In this document: positions 1-12,744 of the stretch, piece by piece | How positions within the stretch are numbered: position 1 is the stretch's first letter | Layout of the letters: the number at the start of each line of letters is the position of its first letter | Assembly: GCF_006345805.1 (NCBI RefSeq) | Contig: NW_021832432.1 | Coordinates: forward strand, 682,001-746,000 | Direction: 5' to 3' | Origin: Octopus sinensis | Taxonomy: Eukaryota | Length of the DNA stretch: 64,000 bases | Position numbers and translations under genes: made by a program | The notes under the pieces: model-generated | Database searches by the model: none | Told to the model about the DNA's origin: nothing | Seen by the model: only the letters and a program-made list of their open reading frames with translations

Positions 1-359
1 GTCTGAAAATGTTGCAAATATGACAAAGTAGGTGTTGAATAGGGTTGGAACCAAAATGGAAGGGGTAAGGAAAAGAGAAAGTCGCGAATGGAACATTTAG
101 GTTTGGATTTGAAATACTGGACAAAAATGTGATTAATTCGATTATTAATAAAACGGTTAGTTCGGAGTGAATTAGATAATGATATACGGTTTGATAAAAC
201 GGCTCCGTTCTTAAAATATTAACGTATGGCAATTTAAAAAAATAAAAAATTGTATTCAAGGGGAGTTAACTCTCATTGACAAATTTGAATCGTGTTGTGA
301 CAACGATATATATTTGTGTGTCGTAATGAAATACGTAGATTGTGAAAAGAAGAATTTAA

Positions 360-775
360 GGCGATCTTTCGTCTCTAGTAGACCTTTCCGTCGATTTCCG
401 TAAATTTTTTTTTTTTTTACATATGGGTTTGCAGGAACTTTTGAAGTAATATACATACATATACACATACACCGAGTAAAAAATTTCAGTGATCTCTTTC
501 TTTCACACATTACTCTGTCTCTTCACACACACTAACAGAAGCACTTCACTTACACAACATACTGTCTGTCTCCCACACCCCATCAAACACACACACACAC
601 GTCCATCAATGCTCCCATGCACGGTAACTTCAAAAGAACTTCCCTCGTCATACAATCGCTTTCTCTTAGTCTCTTTCGCTCTCATTACTTCAAAAGTTCC
701 CGCAAGCCCATATGTAAAAAAAAAAAAAATTTTACGGAAATCGACGGAAAGGTCTACTAGAGACGAAAGATTGCC
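360..775. mobile_element. Merlin-like MITE (416 bp)
   Basis: TIRs of ~90 bp (360-450, 684-775) starting GGCGA/GGCAA; perfect 8-bp TSD GAATTTAA at 352-359 and 776-783. GG termini plus an 8-bp TSD fit Merlin/IS1016. Confidence 0.85.
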
Positions 776-844
776 GAATTTAAATATGATGAAGGAATTT
801 AATTAACTGAAGAATGAGTTGATTTAAAAGTTTAGAGAGTTGCT

Positions 845-1000
845 AGGTATGGCTGTGTGGTTAAGAAGCTCGTTTGTAACCATGCGGTTCAGTCCCACTG
901 CGCGGCAATTTGAACAAATGTCTTCTACTATAGTTCCTGAGCCGATCAATGCCCTGTAAGTGAATTTGGTGGACGGAAACTGTGGAAACCCGTCGTGGTG

Positions 1001-1031
<31 letters not shown>

Positions 1032-1270
1032 TGTGTGTGTGTGTGCGTGAGTGTGCGTGCGTGCGTGTGTGTGTGTGTTTCCCCACTCCTCTGCTTGGCT
1101 ACAGGTTTTGATTTGTTTATGTCCCGTAACCTAATAGTTCGGCAAATCCACGTACAACGTCTTGATCGACCCGAAGATAGAATAGAAGGTACTTATCCAA
1201 GGTGCCACTCAGTGGGACTGAACCCCGAACCATGCAGTTGAGAAGTAAGCCTCTACACAAAGCCACGCCG
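845..1270. mobile_element. Two opposed SINE-B pieces around a (GT)n tract
   Basis: Plus-strand tRNA-like head TGGCTGTGTGGTTAAG...GGTTCAGTCCCACTG at ~850-990; minus-strand head at ~1180-1270; both match the full copies at 28797 and 59068. Confidence 0.75.
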
Positions 1271-2709
1271 GTGCCTTTAAGTACCAGACATTTTTCTTTT
1301 CTCTCTTTTTTTTTTATAGTAACAGACTTTTTAAGAAAAAGTACTGGAGTCGGTGCCCCAGCATAGCTGCAGTTCAATTACCGAAATAAGTAAAAATGTG
1401 AATATATTTAGAAGAAACATTTGTTTTTGTTTTTTACAATTTGCTTTTGTTTTGGTTTTTTTTTTTCATCTTTTTTTGCTAATAAATTCTACGAACAGCT
1501 ATAATTTTGATGCGGTAATCATCTTGTGTGTTTAGCGATTAAGGTAAAGTCAATGAGTGTGAGAGGCGAAAGGACAAGTCAGCTGGAAAATACCTGGATG
1601 CCGAAGATGCAAGACCAGGCAGCTCTGAGAAACAGATTTGATTGTAACAGAGAAGAAGGTGAAAAAACCGAAAGTAGAAGCAGCATATCTGTGAGTTCAA
1701 ATTTAGAGTATGTTGATCGCAGAGTTAACTAGTAGGGGAGTAAGAGTAACGACCTTGGATCTTTTCTTTTTGACAGCCAGGATTTCAAAATGTTTGAAGA
1801 ACGTCCGTGCGAAAGGAGAAGTGACGAATGAATGACTCCTTTAAACACCACACAGTCGCCTTACAATAAAAGCCAAAATATGGATAAATGAATATGAGTG
1901 CCAGCAAGGAATAAGGAAGACGACACAACCGTAAAATGTTAAGTGAAAAGTTTTATTTATGTAGTAGCAGAGTGTGTGTCTGTGTGTTCGACATAAGTAC
2001 ATATATAATAAGAACGATAATAATTGACAGGCCGTCATGCGTACAATAAGTGTATGTGTGTACAAACAAGGGTGTATGAGTGTGAGATAAAATAGAGAGC
2101 TTAGAAAGAGTCAACAATCGGACGCTAGATGAATGTTCAGACACAAGTTGAAGATAAATACCAGTTCATAGTAAGGCACGCAATAGTAGACGTTCTGTAA
2201 CAAAGAAGTTGAGTCAAAATGGCAGAGCTGGCTACTATAGTGTCGTGTAGAGGTTGTGGCTTCTATGCTGTGCTGGGTTATTTGGTACAGAAGGTTCCCG
2301 CAGGTTGAGCTAACTGTTAACCATGGTGAAGTATTCACAAACAGAGAGAAGTTAAACCTAAGCGAAGTTGCTGTTGGCGTCGTTAAGATGAAGGCGATGG
2401 TGGTGGAGGTCCGGAAATGCTGCTAGTGTTGGAACATGGCTGAGTGCTCTGTGGTCAGTGGTGAGAACCAAAGACATTCGATTCGATAAATCGCTGTGTT
2501 TTATAGCAAATTATAGGCTCAAACAGAGCATTTAGAAGACTGTGTCACGGGACCCTATCAGATGGTTGCGATTGGTTGGGTTGCATATTGGCGCGTATAC
2601 AGAAAGAGACAAACTGCGCCAAAACCAACCAGTCAGAGTAGTGGACACAACAGGGCCCAAGCGGCCGAAGGTTAGCTGTTATCTGCCACGTCCGTATTTA
2701 TATTATATA

Positions 2710-2712
<3 letters not shown>

Positions 2713-2791
<79 letters not shown>
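2713..2791. repeat. (GA)n microsatellite
   Basis: Direct reading. Confidence 0.95.
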
Positions 2792-2795
<4 letters not shown>

Positions 2796-2809
2796 TCACA
2801 AGCGTCCGC

Positions 2810-3925
2810 TACATGTTTATCGAAAATTTTAAAATTTGGCACATTAATGTCGTTTTCTATGCTGAATTGCTGGAGTTATTTCATTTTTTTCCGGAAAATA
2901 TGTTTGAAAAAAGTTATAGCGGTTTAAAGTTTGATTATTTTCACCCAGTCAGGAAACAGGATTTGGAAGCTGTCATTTGTGCGTAACTGCACATTTTGTC
3001 GTCGACATCCTGAAAATAACACGTGTTGTCAATATTTGTATCCTACATGCGGTAAACGAGTAACAACGCATTTTTTGTAGTTTGAAGCATTCAATATGCA
3101 TTTAATGTGATAGCACGAACTTAAAAGATTTATAAAAAAAACCCTTATTTAACTGTTATTTTTTGCATACCTCACAACCACCTCAATAACAATAACAATA
3201 ACAAAAAAAAAAGCGACTAAACAAGTAGTTTTAAGCATTTTGTTGATCGGTTCATAAATTCACATGTTCAATTGTCAACAGATTGGTAAAACAAGTGGTT
3301 TCAATATACTTGTCAACATGTGCTTTCTCGTAGACAAAATAAGTCTCATGTTCCACTTGTTACTATGGAAACAGGCATGGATGTGTCTGTGGCTTGTGAT
3401 TGGCTAAAATTACCAAAATTTTCAAACTTTAATTGCTAATAACTCTTTATTTATTGATTTATAGCTAAAATGATTTTCATGTCATTCATTAGCCTATAAA
3501 AGTGTACCATTACACTGAATATGAAATAAATTCGAACAGAATTAATGCTGGCAATCAAACCGACTAAATCCGGCATTTTAGGGGGTTAACGTAATCCACA
3601 GGTTTATTTAAGGAGAGGACACAGCTCTCAAATGAAACAAAGATAATAATTACAATTTTTACATTATTGTGTATCAAAATGTGATGCGGACAGAACAGAT
3701 AGGTAAAACAAGTGGTTGTGGTTTCAATATATTTGTCAATACGTGGTTTCTCGCAGACAAAAGATTTCTCATGTTCCGCTTGTTACTCTGGAAACAGGCT
3801 TGAGTGTGTCTGTGGCTTACGATTGGCTAAAATTACAAAAATTTTCAAACTTTAGTTGCTAATAACTCTTTATTAATTGATTTATAGCTAAAATGAGTTT
3901 CACGTCATTCATTAGCCTATAAAAA
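2810..3925. mobile_element. Unclassified non-autonomous DNA-transposon-like repeat with a ~220-bp direct duplication
   Basis: 3281-3501 and 3698-3924 are diverged copies; related segments occur at ~25715-25850 (+) and ~27480-27595 (-). Confidence 0.6.
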
Positions 3926-3989
3926 TGGTGATTAGCGTGTGTGTCACGGCTAATAATGAGAAATAAGGTAATGATTCGTTCTATGTGAG

Positions 3990-4697
3990 TATACAAGAAA
4001 AATATCAGCATGTCGCTACACTTGACTAACGACCACTGGGACAGCGTGATAAAGACATGCTGACTTGTCGGCTTCAAAGCAGCAACTACCTTTGCTCTCT
4101 TAATTTTTCGCTCCAGTCACGGCTGGGTGGAAGTTGCTGTGTGTATCCTTCCGCCGCCAGCTCCGAGTGGGGCGGAGTACAGCTATCGACTGAGTCAATA
4201 GTAAAAACTGACCCACCGGATTTCCTATCGAAAGAAGGTAAGAATTGCTTTCTCATCGTAGTAGCAATTGCGAGAGAGGTGATTTAGAAGACACGAATGA
4301 AAGGGTTAGTAACAGGTTATTTTATCTCTGGCCCTGGGCTGGTGAATTTTTTCACCTTTTATCTAAGAAGGAAAATAGGGCTAGAGAGAAAACGCCTGTC
4401 CGCGAAAATGTTTCAAGATCGATGGAAGAATGTCGCACGAATGTTGCGTATGGATGGGACCGCATGAATACAACTCAGGATGTGCCTAAAACATCAGTGG
4501 TGAGGCGGAGCTCGTGATGTCCGAGCATATCTCGCCTCCCCACTCCATTTTGTAATGTTGTCTTGCTATCATTCGAACTCTTGATATTTATATAAAATTT
4601 TTAAATTCATCTTTATGTCAATTCATACGTTAAATCTGACCCCATATCAGATTGTACTGTTCCCTCTGTGTTGTACCCTTGAGGGAAATAAAAAAAT
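3990..4697 (+). mobile_element. 3' fragment of a Tx1/L1-like LINE (ORF2 C-terminus and 3' UTR), degenerate
   Basis: Translates ...KTRMKGLVTGYFISGPGLVNFFTFYLRRKIGLERKRLSAKMFQDRWKNVARMLRMDG*, homologous to ORF 30726-31037; ends CCCTCTGTGTTGTACCCTTGAGGGAAATAAAAAAAT. The 5' boundary is uncertain. Confidence 0.7.
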
Positions 4698-4882
4698 GCG
4701 AAATGCTTAGCGGTATTTCGTCTGTCTTTATGTTCTGAGTTCAAATTCCGCCGAGGTCGACTTCGCCTTTCAGCCTTTCGGAGTCGATAAATTAAATATC
4801 AGTTACGTACTTGGGGTCGATCTAATCGACTGGCCCCCTCCCTCAAAATTTCAGGCCTTGCGCCTAGAGTAGAAAAGAATAA
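4698..4882 (+). mobile_element. SINE-A, tail-2 type, 5'-truncated
   Basis: B-box-like GAGTTCAAATTCC; central GCCTTTCA.CCTTTCGG.GTCGATAAA core resembling the Deu/Nin domain; tail ...GGCCTTGCGCCTAGAGTAGAAAAG. Confidence 0.85.
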
Positions 4883-5465
4883 TACATATATATATTTGTA
4901 TATTAGGCGTGGTTTTCTTGAAAGGACGAAGCTCTTGAAAGACAGAAACCTGCAGTACATGCTTTATCACCACAGTCCGTACCATTCGAGACAGACAATC
5001 CTTAAAGATAAATAAAAAGGATAAAATCTATTGTCTTCTTGAAACACTTCATTTTCTTCTTCAATCAATCATTTTGTGTTTATCATTATCAACTAAACAA
5101 ACGTCTGCATCAATATCGCCATTTTCTAACTTTCTCTCACTCCTTCTTTCTCTCTCCTCTTCTAATCGGAAGCGGCTGTCATATGCAGACTTAAACAGCA
5201 CCCGGCAAAAATGCATATACTGTAAAGATAATGTCTTCTAAATGCAACGAAAACCTGACAGCATAGCAATATATACTAAACAACACTAAATGCTAAATAT
5301 TGTTAATCTCCTAGTAACGAAAAATCTCCATCTACAAAGTGACAAGCAACACGGGCGTTGACAGAATCGTTTAAGTATCAGATGAAGTTCTGAGTTCCAA
5401 TCCAGTCGAATTCCTTTTCGTTTTTCTCCATTCAAGCACTGTGGTCTGTTTGTATCACTCTAGTG

Positions 5466-5690
5466 CAGTGGTTCTCAACAATTTTTTGCCAATGGACCTC
5501 TTTGATTTCTATTTTACTCACATGGACCCACATAGCTATTCGATGTATATAAACAAAATCCTGTTGTATTTTTGTAATTAAATATTATTAGGAATTGTAT
5601 TAAAAAATTGTTAAAATATTTTGTGTATTGTACAAGTATAAATAACTTTATTGTACATAAATTTTAACAACAAAATCTTGTATGGATGAT
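5466..5690 (+). mobile_element. Left end of a hAT (Charlie-like) non-autonomous element
   Basis: Begins CAGTGGTTCTCAAC, a typical hAT-Charlie terminus; right TIR not found. Confidence 0.5.
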
Positions 5691-5917
5691 TATTTTATTT
5701 CTTACCAGTTTCAGAAAAAAAATGGTAGGCATCGGCCATTCTTCTTTTAATCACAAAAAGACAACGAAGCTGTATTGTGGTTTAAGTTACATTTCTTTAC
5801 GTTTTGAGCCAAAATCCAGCAGAGGCTGACTCTGATTTTCATCATTCTAGGTTCGATAAAATAACAATTAATGAAGTATTGGGTTGTAATAATCGATTAT
5901 ATCTTCCACTCTGAAAA

Positions 5918-6660
5918 TGATCCTGGTGGTGGTCACAGCAGAGACAGACAGTGTGGACTTGATTAATGAACAATAATTGTATAACCTGTCACATGGTCGG
6001 GTTGTGGGCTGCTAAGCCGGTGACCTCACCAAGCTTGCTTGGTGAGGAGGGTGGTTATTGGACACCCTACGGGATGAAAAAACAAGTCTCTCATGAGAGT
6101 CAACGGCCATCCAATTGATGTCTGCTTTTCATTAGTTTCGTGGCATACTTGCACCAGCTGTTGCTATCAGCAATACAAGAATGTGTGAATGGTCCCACAC
6201 AAGCCATTAATGCTTTGTATTTATCATTAAAGACATGCATCATAGAATAGTGTTTGGTGTTACTGAAACTACTGATATGGTTGCTACTTTTTGGTTGAAC
6301 GTGTTTCGTTGTTTGTTTTGGCTAAGTGAGAGAGTTAGTGATTTTACAATGGCTTTGTAGCTGTGTACTGCGGTTGCTCTATGTGTTTCTATTTTTTTTG
6401 GTGGAGGTTATTGTGCATGTAGTTGAAAGGACCAAAAGGGATTGAGCTTGTTATGACAGCAGGTAGTATTTCTAGTGTGTCGAGGTAAACTTAATTTGTA
6501 ATATTTTTGTTTTATTGCAACATCATTTGCATGTGAAGCTTGCAGGCAACATGTGACGACTTGATGCATGTTGTTATGACTTATTTCAATTTTATTAAAG
6601 GTAAAAAAGAAGAGATAGTTACCATGGATTTTGTAGGACCTCTCAAACTGGTGAGATTGA
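5918..6660. repeat. Unclassified interspersed repeat, interrupted at ~5985-6210
   Basis: Colinear diverged homolog at ~16470-16982 (shared TAGAATAGTGTTTGG and ATAGTTACCATG.ATTTTGTAGG). Confidence 0.6.
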
Positions 6661-6843
6661 TAGGATCGTCTCTAAACCAATTTCTCCCAAACGGTGCACT
6701 TCAAAGTGTATCTAGTTGTGTTTGGGGACTTTAGAAAATCCACAATAATGACTGAAAAACAAGCTCTTCATAATTTTATAACACACAATTATAATTAATA
6801 AAACAAGGAAACAATAGTTAATTTATTATTTTTTTTTATTTAT

Positions 6844-7092
6844 GCGCCCTTTTCATACCTAGCCAGGCTCATGGGCCCGGTTTCCCGGTTTCTGTGGCGT
6901 ATGCGTTCCCCCAGCTAAACGGGACGCCGGTCCATCGCAGCGTTACTCAAGAAACAGTGAGAGAAAGTTGGGGCAAAAGAGTACAACAGGGGTCGCCACC
7001 ACCCACTGCCGGACCCTCGTGGAGCTTTAGATGTTTTCGCTCAGTAAACACACACAACACCCGGTCTGGGAATCGGAACCGCGAATCCTACG
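6844..7092 (-). mobile_element. SINE-C, tail variant 1, head truncated
   Basis: Shares GGTTCCGATTCCCAGA...TGAGCGAAAACA...TGTACTCTTT with 11818 and 13250; has its own tail ending in an A-rich tract. Confidence 0.8.
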
Positions 7093-7292
7093 AGATCAAA
7101 CCCTGCCGTCGACTATTTATTTTATCCTTTCGGGTCGATTAAATAAACACCAGTCAAGTGCTAGGGTTAATGTAATCGACTTACCCCTTTCCCTGAAAAC
7201 TGCTGACCTCATACCAAAATTTGAAGCAATTCTATTATCGGAATCATTTATATGTATACCGTGTAGTTTAGTTGTAGGTAAGTGTTTATATA

Positions 7293-8803
7293 CGAGGATC
7301 AGCTGAAAAGTTCATAGCCCAACTAAGATACTCTCATGGAAGTTTATTTTTCAACATAGTTCCTCTTGCGGTCCACACGCTTCTGCCATACGTGTTGCAG
7401 TGTTTGGATCTCATTGGCGAAGATCATTTCATCTTATTGATAAAAAAAAAGTCACCAGCAGCAGATATGACGTTACTATCACTGTAATACTGGTTCCCAG
7501 CCAAGTGTTTGTTCATGTTGGGGGACAGATGATAGTCAGATGAGGCCAAATCAGGAGAATAGGGACAGTGATCAAATATTTCAAAGCCACAGTCATGCGC
7601 ATCAGTCACTGAAATCAAGAACTTATGTACTGGAGCATTGTTCTGATGAAACAAAACACCTTTCGTCAGTCTTCTGGGGCGTTTGGTCGTGATAGCTTTT
7701 CGTAACTGCCTCAGCAAGTCAGCATAGTTCTCTCTATTGATGATGCGGCTCTTTTGAAATAGTCAATAAACACATTGACTTTTGCATCCACAAAACAGAG
7801 GCCATCACCTTCCCTGCAGGAGAAACGACCCTGGCCTTCATTGAAGCAGTTGAGTGGAGTGATTCCACTGCATAGATTGTCTCTTTGTCTCTGGCTCAAA
7901 GTGATGAAGCCAACACTCATCCCGGTTTAGGAAATGTTCACGGTAACTAGATGGATCTGCCTCAAACAATATCAAAATTTTCCGTGATGTGATTAGCCTG
8001 GTGCGCTTTTGATCAGGTGTCAGAAGACGTGGAGACCACCAAGCCGAAACCTTCGTTATGCTAAGTTCATTGTGTAGAATATTTTCAACTCTCTCATGGG
8101 ATGTACTAATAGCATTGGCTATTTGATTTTATAGCCAATCGCCAGTCATCCATCACCATGTGGTGAACGCAAACGAGGTTTTCCTCGGTATGGCAGTAGC
8201 AGAACTTCTAGACCTTGGGTCATCTTTAAGACTCTCCATTCCCCTTCTAAATTCAGCTGCCCAGTTTTGCACTGTTGATAAAGCTGAAATGTTATCCTCT
8301 GATGTAGCAACAATGTCAGCATGGATGCCATTAGGGGCTAAACCCTGTTTCTTATTTCTTTACTGCGCACAAATGGCTACACATAGAGGGGACAAACAAG
8401 GACAGACAAACGGATTAAGTTGATTATATCGACCCCAGTGTGTAACTGGTGCTTAATTTATCGACCCCGAAAGGATGAAAGGCAAAGTCGACCTCGGCAG
8501 AATTTGAACTCAGAACGTAACGGCAGACGAAATACGGCTACGCATTTCGCCCGGCGTGCTAACGTTTCTACCAGCTCGCCGTTTAAACCCTGTTTCTGTA
8601 GGTACTTGACAACACCACGATGCCAAATTTTGTCCATTTTCAAGAGAAATCGCTCCTATTTACCTTTGAAGTCAGATGTCAGTTCACCTGAAAAGAAACA
8701 ATGCAATTATCAATAAGAAGTGTTGAAATTAATGCCTGCAAGTTTTTACAGCTCTGGCATCACTCCTTCCTTGTCAGCCCATGCACTTTTCAGCCCACCC
8801 TCG
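7293..8803 (-). mobile_element. Full-length degenerate mariner (irritans-like), interrupted by a SINE
   Basis: TIRs CGAGGATCAGCTGAAAAGTTCAT and CGAGGGTGGGCTGAAAAGTGCAT, TA on the left; transposase pieces MDKIWHRGVVKYLQKQGL, GVLFHQNNAPVH, HCPYSPDLASSDYHL; frameshifted. Confidence 0.92.
8353..8583 (-). mobile_element. SINE-A, tail-1 type, inserted in the mariner
   Basis: Full head to tail; 14-bp TSD TAAACCCTGTTTCT at 8339-8352 and 8584-8597. Confidence 0.92.
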
Positions 8804-9677
8804 CAGAAAAAAGTTTTCTGTTAAATTACACTGCTAGGAGGTTTTGTATATGTAAACTCATGGTATATCACTGCTGACACGCACATCATAGATTCGCTAT
8901 CCCTAATTAGGATAAACACGAGTTTTTGAGATGTTTCTGTTCGTGGGTGGACAAGAGACTGAAACATGCAAGATGGAAATTATAAGCTGGAGTGAAATAT
9001 AGTAATGTAGGCTATATAGGGATATCACACAACATAATATACGTTGTACAGGTTAAGTAGCTCTGTTATAGGTTACACAGGTGCGATATATTTATTTGCT
9101 GATATATTATGTAGATTATGCAACTATAATACGTCACAGGTATTATTTTTATATGTGTTCATCCTCTTGATGCTTGATGTTAAGATCTTAGATGAGCGTT
9201 CTCAAGTACTTCACCACCAGCATGTTGTTATAATAAATATTTTTGTATCTTCTGTTTAATGATAGAGAGTGCATTTCAAGTTACTATGTAATCGAATGAT
9301 TTTATTAGTTTATTACCTAAGGAAAAGTTATATAGGTATAATATAACGTGATGGAAAATACGCAATATCTTAATAGAGACTATGTAGATATGTTTGTGCT
9401 GTAAGCTGCTGCCGAATGATAGCGATCGGCGGTTTATTAAAATTCATATTACAGAATGAAAGATGGAAGGTAAAAAATTTAATCGTATCTGAATTTGAAT
9501 TTAGATCGCAGGCATTTGATAAGCCGGGGTCTTTCCTGTTTCTGCCCGCTCATAGCCCCAGAACAAAATTGTGAGGTGTGTAGAAACCGCATAGAGGATT
9601 GCGGTTATAGTAATTTAACGCTAATATCTAGGTATCAATTTGATACGATTTGGATCACAACATTAAGATTAGAAGGT

Positions 9678-10075
9678 AAGGCGGCGAGCTGGCAGAAACG
9701 TTAGCACGCCGGGCGAAAAGCTATGCAGTATTTCGTCTGCCGCTACGTTCTGAGTTCAATTTCCGCCGAGGTCGACTTTGCCTTTCATCCTTTCGGGGTC
9801 GATTAAATAAGTACCAGTTACGCACTGGGGTCGATATAATCGACTTAATCCATTTGTCTGTCCTTGTTTGTCCTGCCTGTGTTTAGCCCCTTGTGGGTAG
9901 TAAAGAAATTGGTATTTCGCCTGTCTTTATGTTCTGAGTTCAAATTCCGCCGAGGGCGACTTTGCTTTTCATCCTTTCGGGGTTGATAAATTAAGTACCA
10001 GTTGTGTACTGAGGTCGATCTAATCGACTGGCCCACCTCCCCCAAAATTTCGGGCCTTGTGCCTAGAGTAGAAAA
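9678..10075 (+). mobile_element. Composite (dimeric) SINE-A: head-body-tail1-body-tail2
   Basis: One 17-bp TSD CATTAAG(A/T)TTAGAAGGT at 9661-9677 and 10076-10092 flanks the whole dimer. Confidence 0.9.
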
Positions 10076-10679
10076 CATTAAGTTTAGAAGGTGTGTATAA
10101 TCATGAAGGCTTTTTGTTGTTATTTTTAAGTGTAAGATGGCGATCAGGTAGAATCGTTAGTGCGTGGAGAAAATGCTAAGCAACATATCATCTAGTTGTT
10201 TCTGTTATGAGTTCAAACGCAGTCGACTTTATCTTTCGTTTTTTCGAGGTCGATGAAATAAGTAGCAGGTGAAGACAAAGACAGGGGACAATGGGATCGA
10301 CTTACTTTCCTCTCTTAAAATTCCTTGAAATTGCTGGCCTTGGGCCAAAATTTGAAACCATTATCATTTTAAAGCGTTGCTAACTATTACGAATTACTAA
10401 CGATACTCTGTCGACGAACCAAAACTCTTTCTCCATGGCACAGTGAAGAACAGATCCAGATAGCTGTGAGCTTGGGTTCGAGCAGTAGTCGACCAAAATA
10501 TACTGGGGATTCCGCGTTAACATTCACCTTTGGTGTTGCTCTGTGGTAGGATTCCTAGTTTTCTGATTGTGTTTTATCTCGAGACACTTGGCTCTAACTT
10601 GAGCATATACAATAAAACCGAGGTTTACCATTCTAAATACATAATAATAATATATTAAAATATATGTGGTACAATGCTG

Positions 10680-10904
10680 GAGCTGGCAGAATTGTTAGCA
10701 CGCCGGGCGAAATGCGTAGCCGTATTTCGTCTGCCGTTACGTTCTGAGTTCAAATTCCGCCGAGGTCGACTTTGCTTTTCATCCTTTCGGGGTCGATAAA
10801 TTAAGTACCAGTTATGCACTGGGGTCAGTGTAATTGACTTGATCCTTTTGTCTGTCCTTGTTTGTCCCCTCTGTGTTTAGCCCCTTGTGGGTAGTAAAGA
10901 AATA
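10680..10904 (+). mobile_element. SINE-A, tail-1 monomer
   Basis: 12-bp TSD GGTACAATGCTG at 10668-10679 and 10905-10916. Confidence 0.92.
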
Positions 10905-10953
10905 GGTACAATGCTGTCAGTGTAATCAAATAATACAATTATCTAGGTATAAT

Positions 10954-11536
10954 CCTTTTTACTATAGGTACAAAGCCTGAAATTTGTGGGGAGGAGGCCA
11001 GTCAATTAGATCGACCCCAGTACGCAACTGATGCTTAATTTATCGATTAACTGGTGCTTAATTTATCGAAAGGATGAAAGGAGAAGTCGACCTCGGCGGA
11101 ATTTGAACTCACAACGTAAAGACAGATGAAATACCTATTTCTTTACTACCTATAAGGGGCTGAACACAGAGAGGACAAACAAGGACAGACAGATGGATTA
11201 AGTCGATTATATCGACCCCAGTGCGTAACTGGTACTTATTTAATCGACCCCGAAAGGATGAAAGGCAAAGTCGACCTCGGCGGAATTTGAACTCAGAACG
11301 TAGCGGCAGACGAAATACCTATTTCTTTACTACCAACAAGGGGCTAAACACAGAGGACAAACAAGGACAGACAAACGGATTAAGTCGATTATATCGACCT
11401 CAGTGCGTAACTGGTACTTATTTAATCGACCCCGAAAGTCGACCTCGGCGGAAATTGAACTCAGAACGTAGCGGCAGACGAAATATTGCTAAGCATTTCG
11501 CCCGGCGTGCTAACGATTCTGCCAGCTCGCCGCCTT
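10954..11536 (-). mobile_element. Composite (trimeric) SINE-A: head-(body-tail1)x2-body-tail2
   Basis: One 16-bp TSD ATTATCTA(G/C)GTATAAT at 10938-10953 and 11537-11552. Confidence 0.9.
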
Positions 11537-11817
11537 ATTATCTACGTATAATAACACCTATGACCAGCTGGTACACATTTCATCGACTCCGAAAGGATGA
11601 AAGGCAAAGTTGACCTCGGTAAAATTTGAACCCGGAACGGACAAAATGTCGCTAAACATTTTGCCTGGCGCGCTAACGATTCTGTCAGTTCGCCGCATTT
11701 CCTTGCCCGAAATATTAGTTCTTTTTTCTCTTTTTATATCTTCACCACATCTCTCGAAAGTTTTCTGGTGTAACATTTCTTTATTTCAAATAAAGTGATT
11801 CAATCTACTACACTACA

Positions 11818-12173
11818 GTGGAGGCGCAATGGTCCAGTGGTTAGGGCAGCGGACTCGCGGTCGTAGGATCGCGGTTTCGATTCCCAGAGTAAGTGTTTAT
11901 TGAGCGAAAACACCACGAGGCTCCGGCAGGGGGTGGTGGCGAGACCTGCTGTACTCTTTCACCACAACGTTCTCTCTTTCTTCCTGTTTCTGTTGTACCT
12001 GTATTTCAAAGGATCAGCCTTGTCACACTCTGTGTCACGCTGAATCTCCCCGAGAACTACGTTAAGAGCACACGTGTCTGTGGAATGCTCAGCCACTTTA
12101 TGTTAATTTCACGAGCAGGCTGCTCCGTTGATTAAATCATCTGGAAACCTCGTCGTCGTAACCGACGGAGTGC
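11818..12173 (+). mobile_element. SINE-C, tail variant 2, full length
   Basis: tRNA-like head with A-box TGGTCCAGTGG and B-box GTTTCGATTCC. Confidence 0.85.
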
Positions 12174-12744
12174 TGTAGTATAGGAGGTGTACGATGGAAT
12201 CCAGCCTTTTGAATTTGATGCTACGCAGATGTCTATAGATATTGATTGCATTAATCTTTCTCCCGATTTGTTTTCCTGTAGATAATGAATAATAATGTTG
12301 CAATAATTCTTAAACAGGCATGGCAGTGTGGTTAAGAAGTTCACTGTGTAACCACGTCGTTTCGAGTTCAGTCCCACTACACGGCATTTTGGATAACTAT
12401 CTTCTACTATAATCCCAGGCCCACTACATAAGTCAATTTGGTAGGCGGAATCTGTTTAGAAGCCCATCATGTATGTGTGTGCGCATATATGTGTATATAT
12501 GTATGTGTATTGTCATGCAGTGGTGAGGAACAAGTACAAAGACAAACTCCCTTCTTTCCTGAGCGTCAATAATACTTTAATTGTTCCACGTTCTCACGTT
12601 GCTGTGTTTTTTTCCCTTTTTTTCTCTCTTTTTTTTCTGTGTTTTCTTGTTTGGATTAACTATATATATATAATATATATAATATATATATATATATATA
12701 TAATATATGAGAGAGAGAGAGTTGTCGCTGTTGGATAAGCTGCT

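Noticed and set aside
1530-2500. Possible decayed CR1/Jockey-like LINE pieces or host exons (also 17090-17220, 22920-23130, 33060-33900, 34918-35135)
   Set aside because: The composition looks coding-like, but there are stops or no recognisable motif or consistent splice signals; I cannot support a call without a homology search.
10954-11536. Regularly spaced repeats resembling a CRISPR array (also 13520-13870 and 56590-56811)
   Set aside because: The units are SINE bodies or minisatellites with no unique spacers, there are no cas genes, and the context is eukaryotic.
11818-11890. tRNA-like sequences (also 53827-53900 and the SINE-A/B heads)
   Set aside because: A and B boxes are present but there is no complete cloverleaf or acceptor stem, and each continues into a SINE body.
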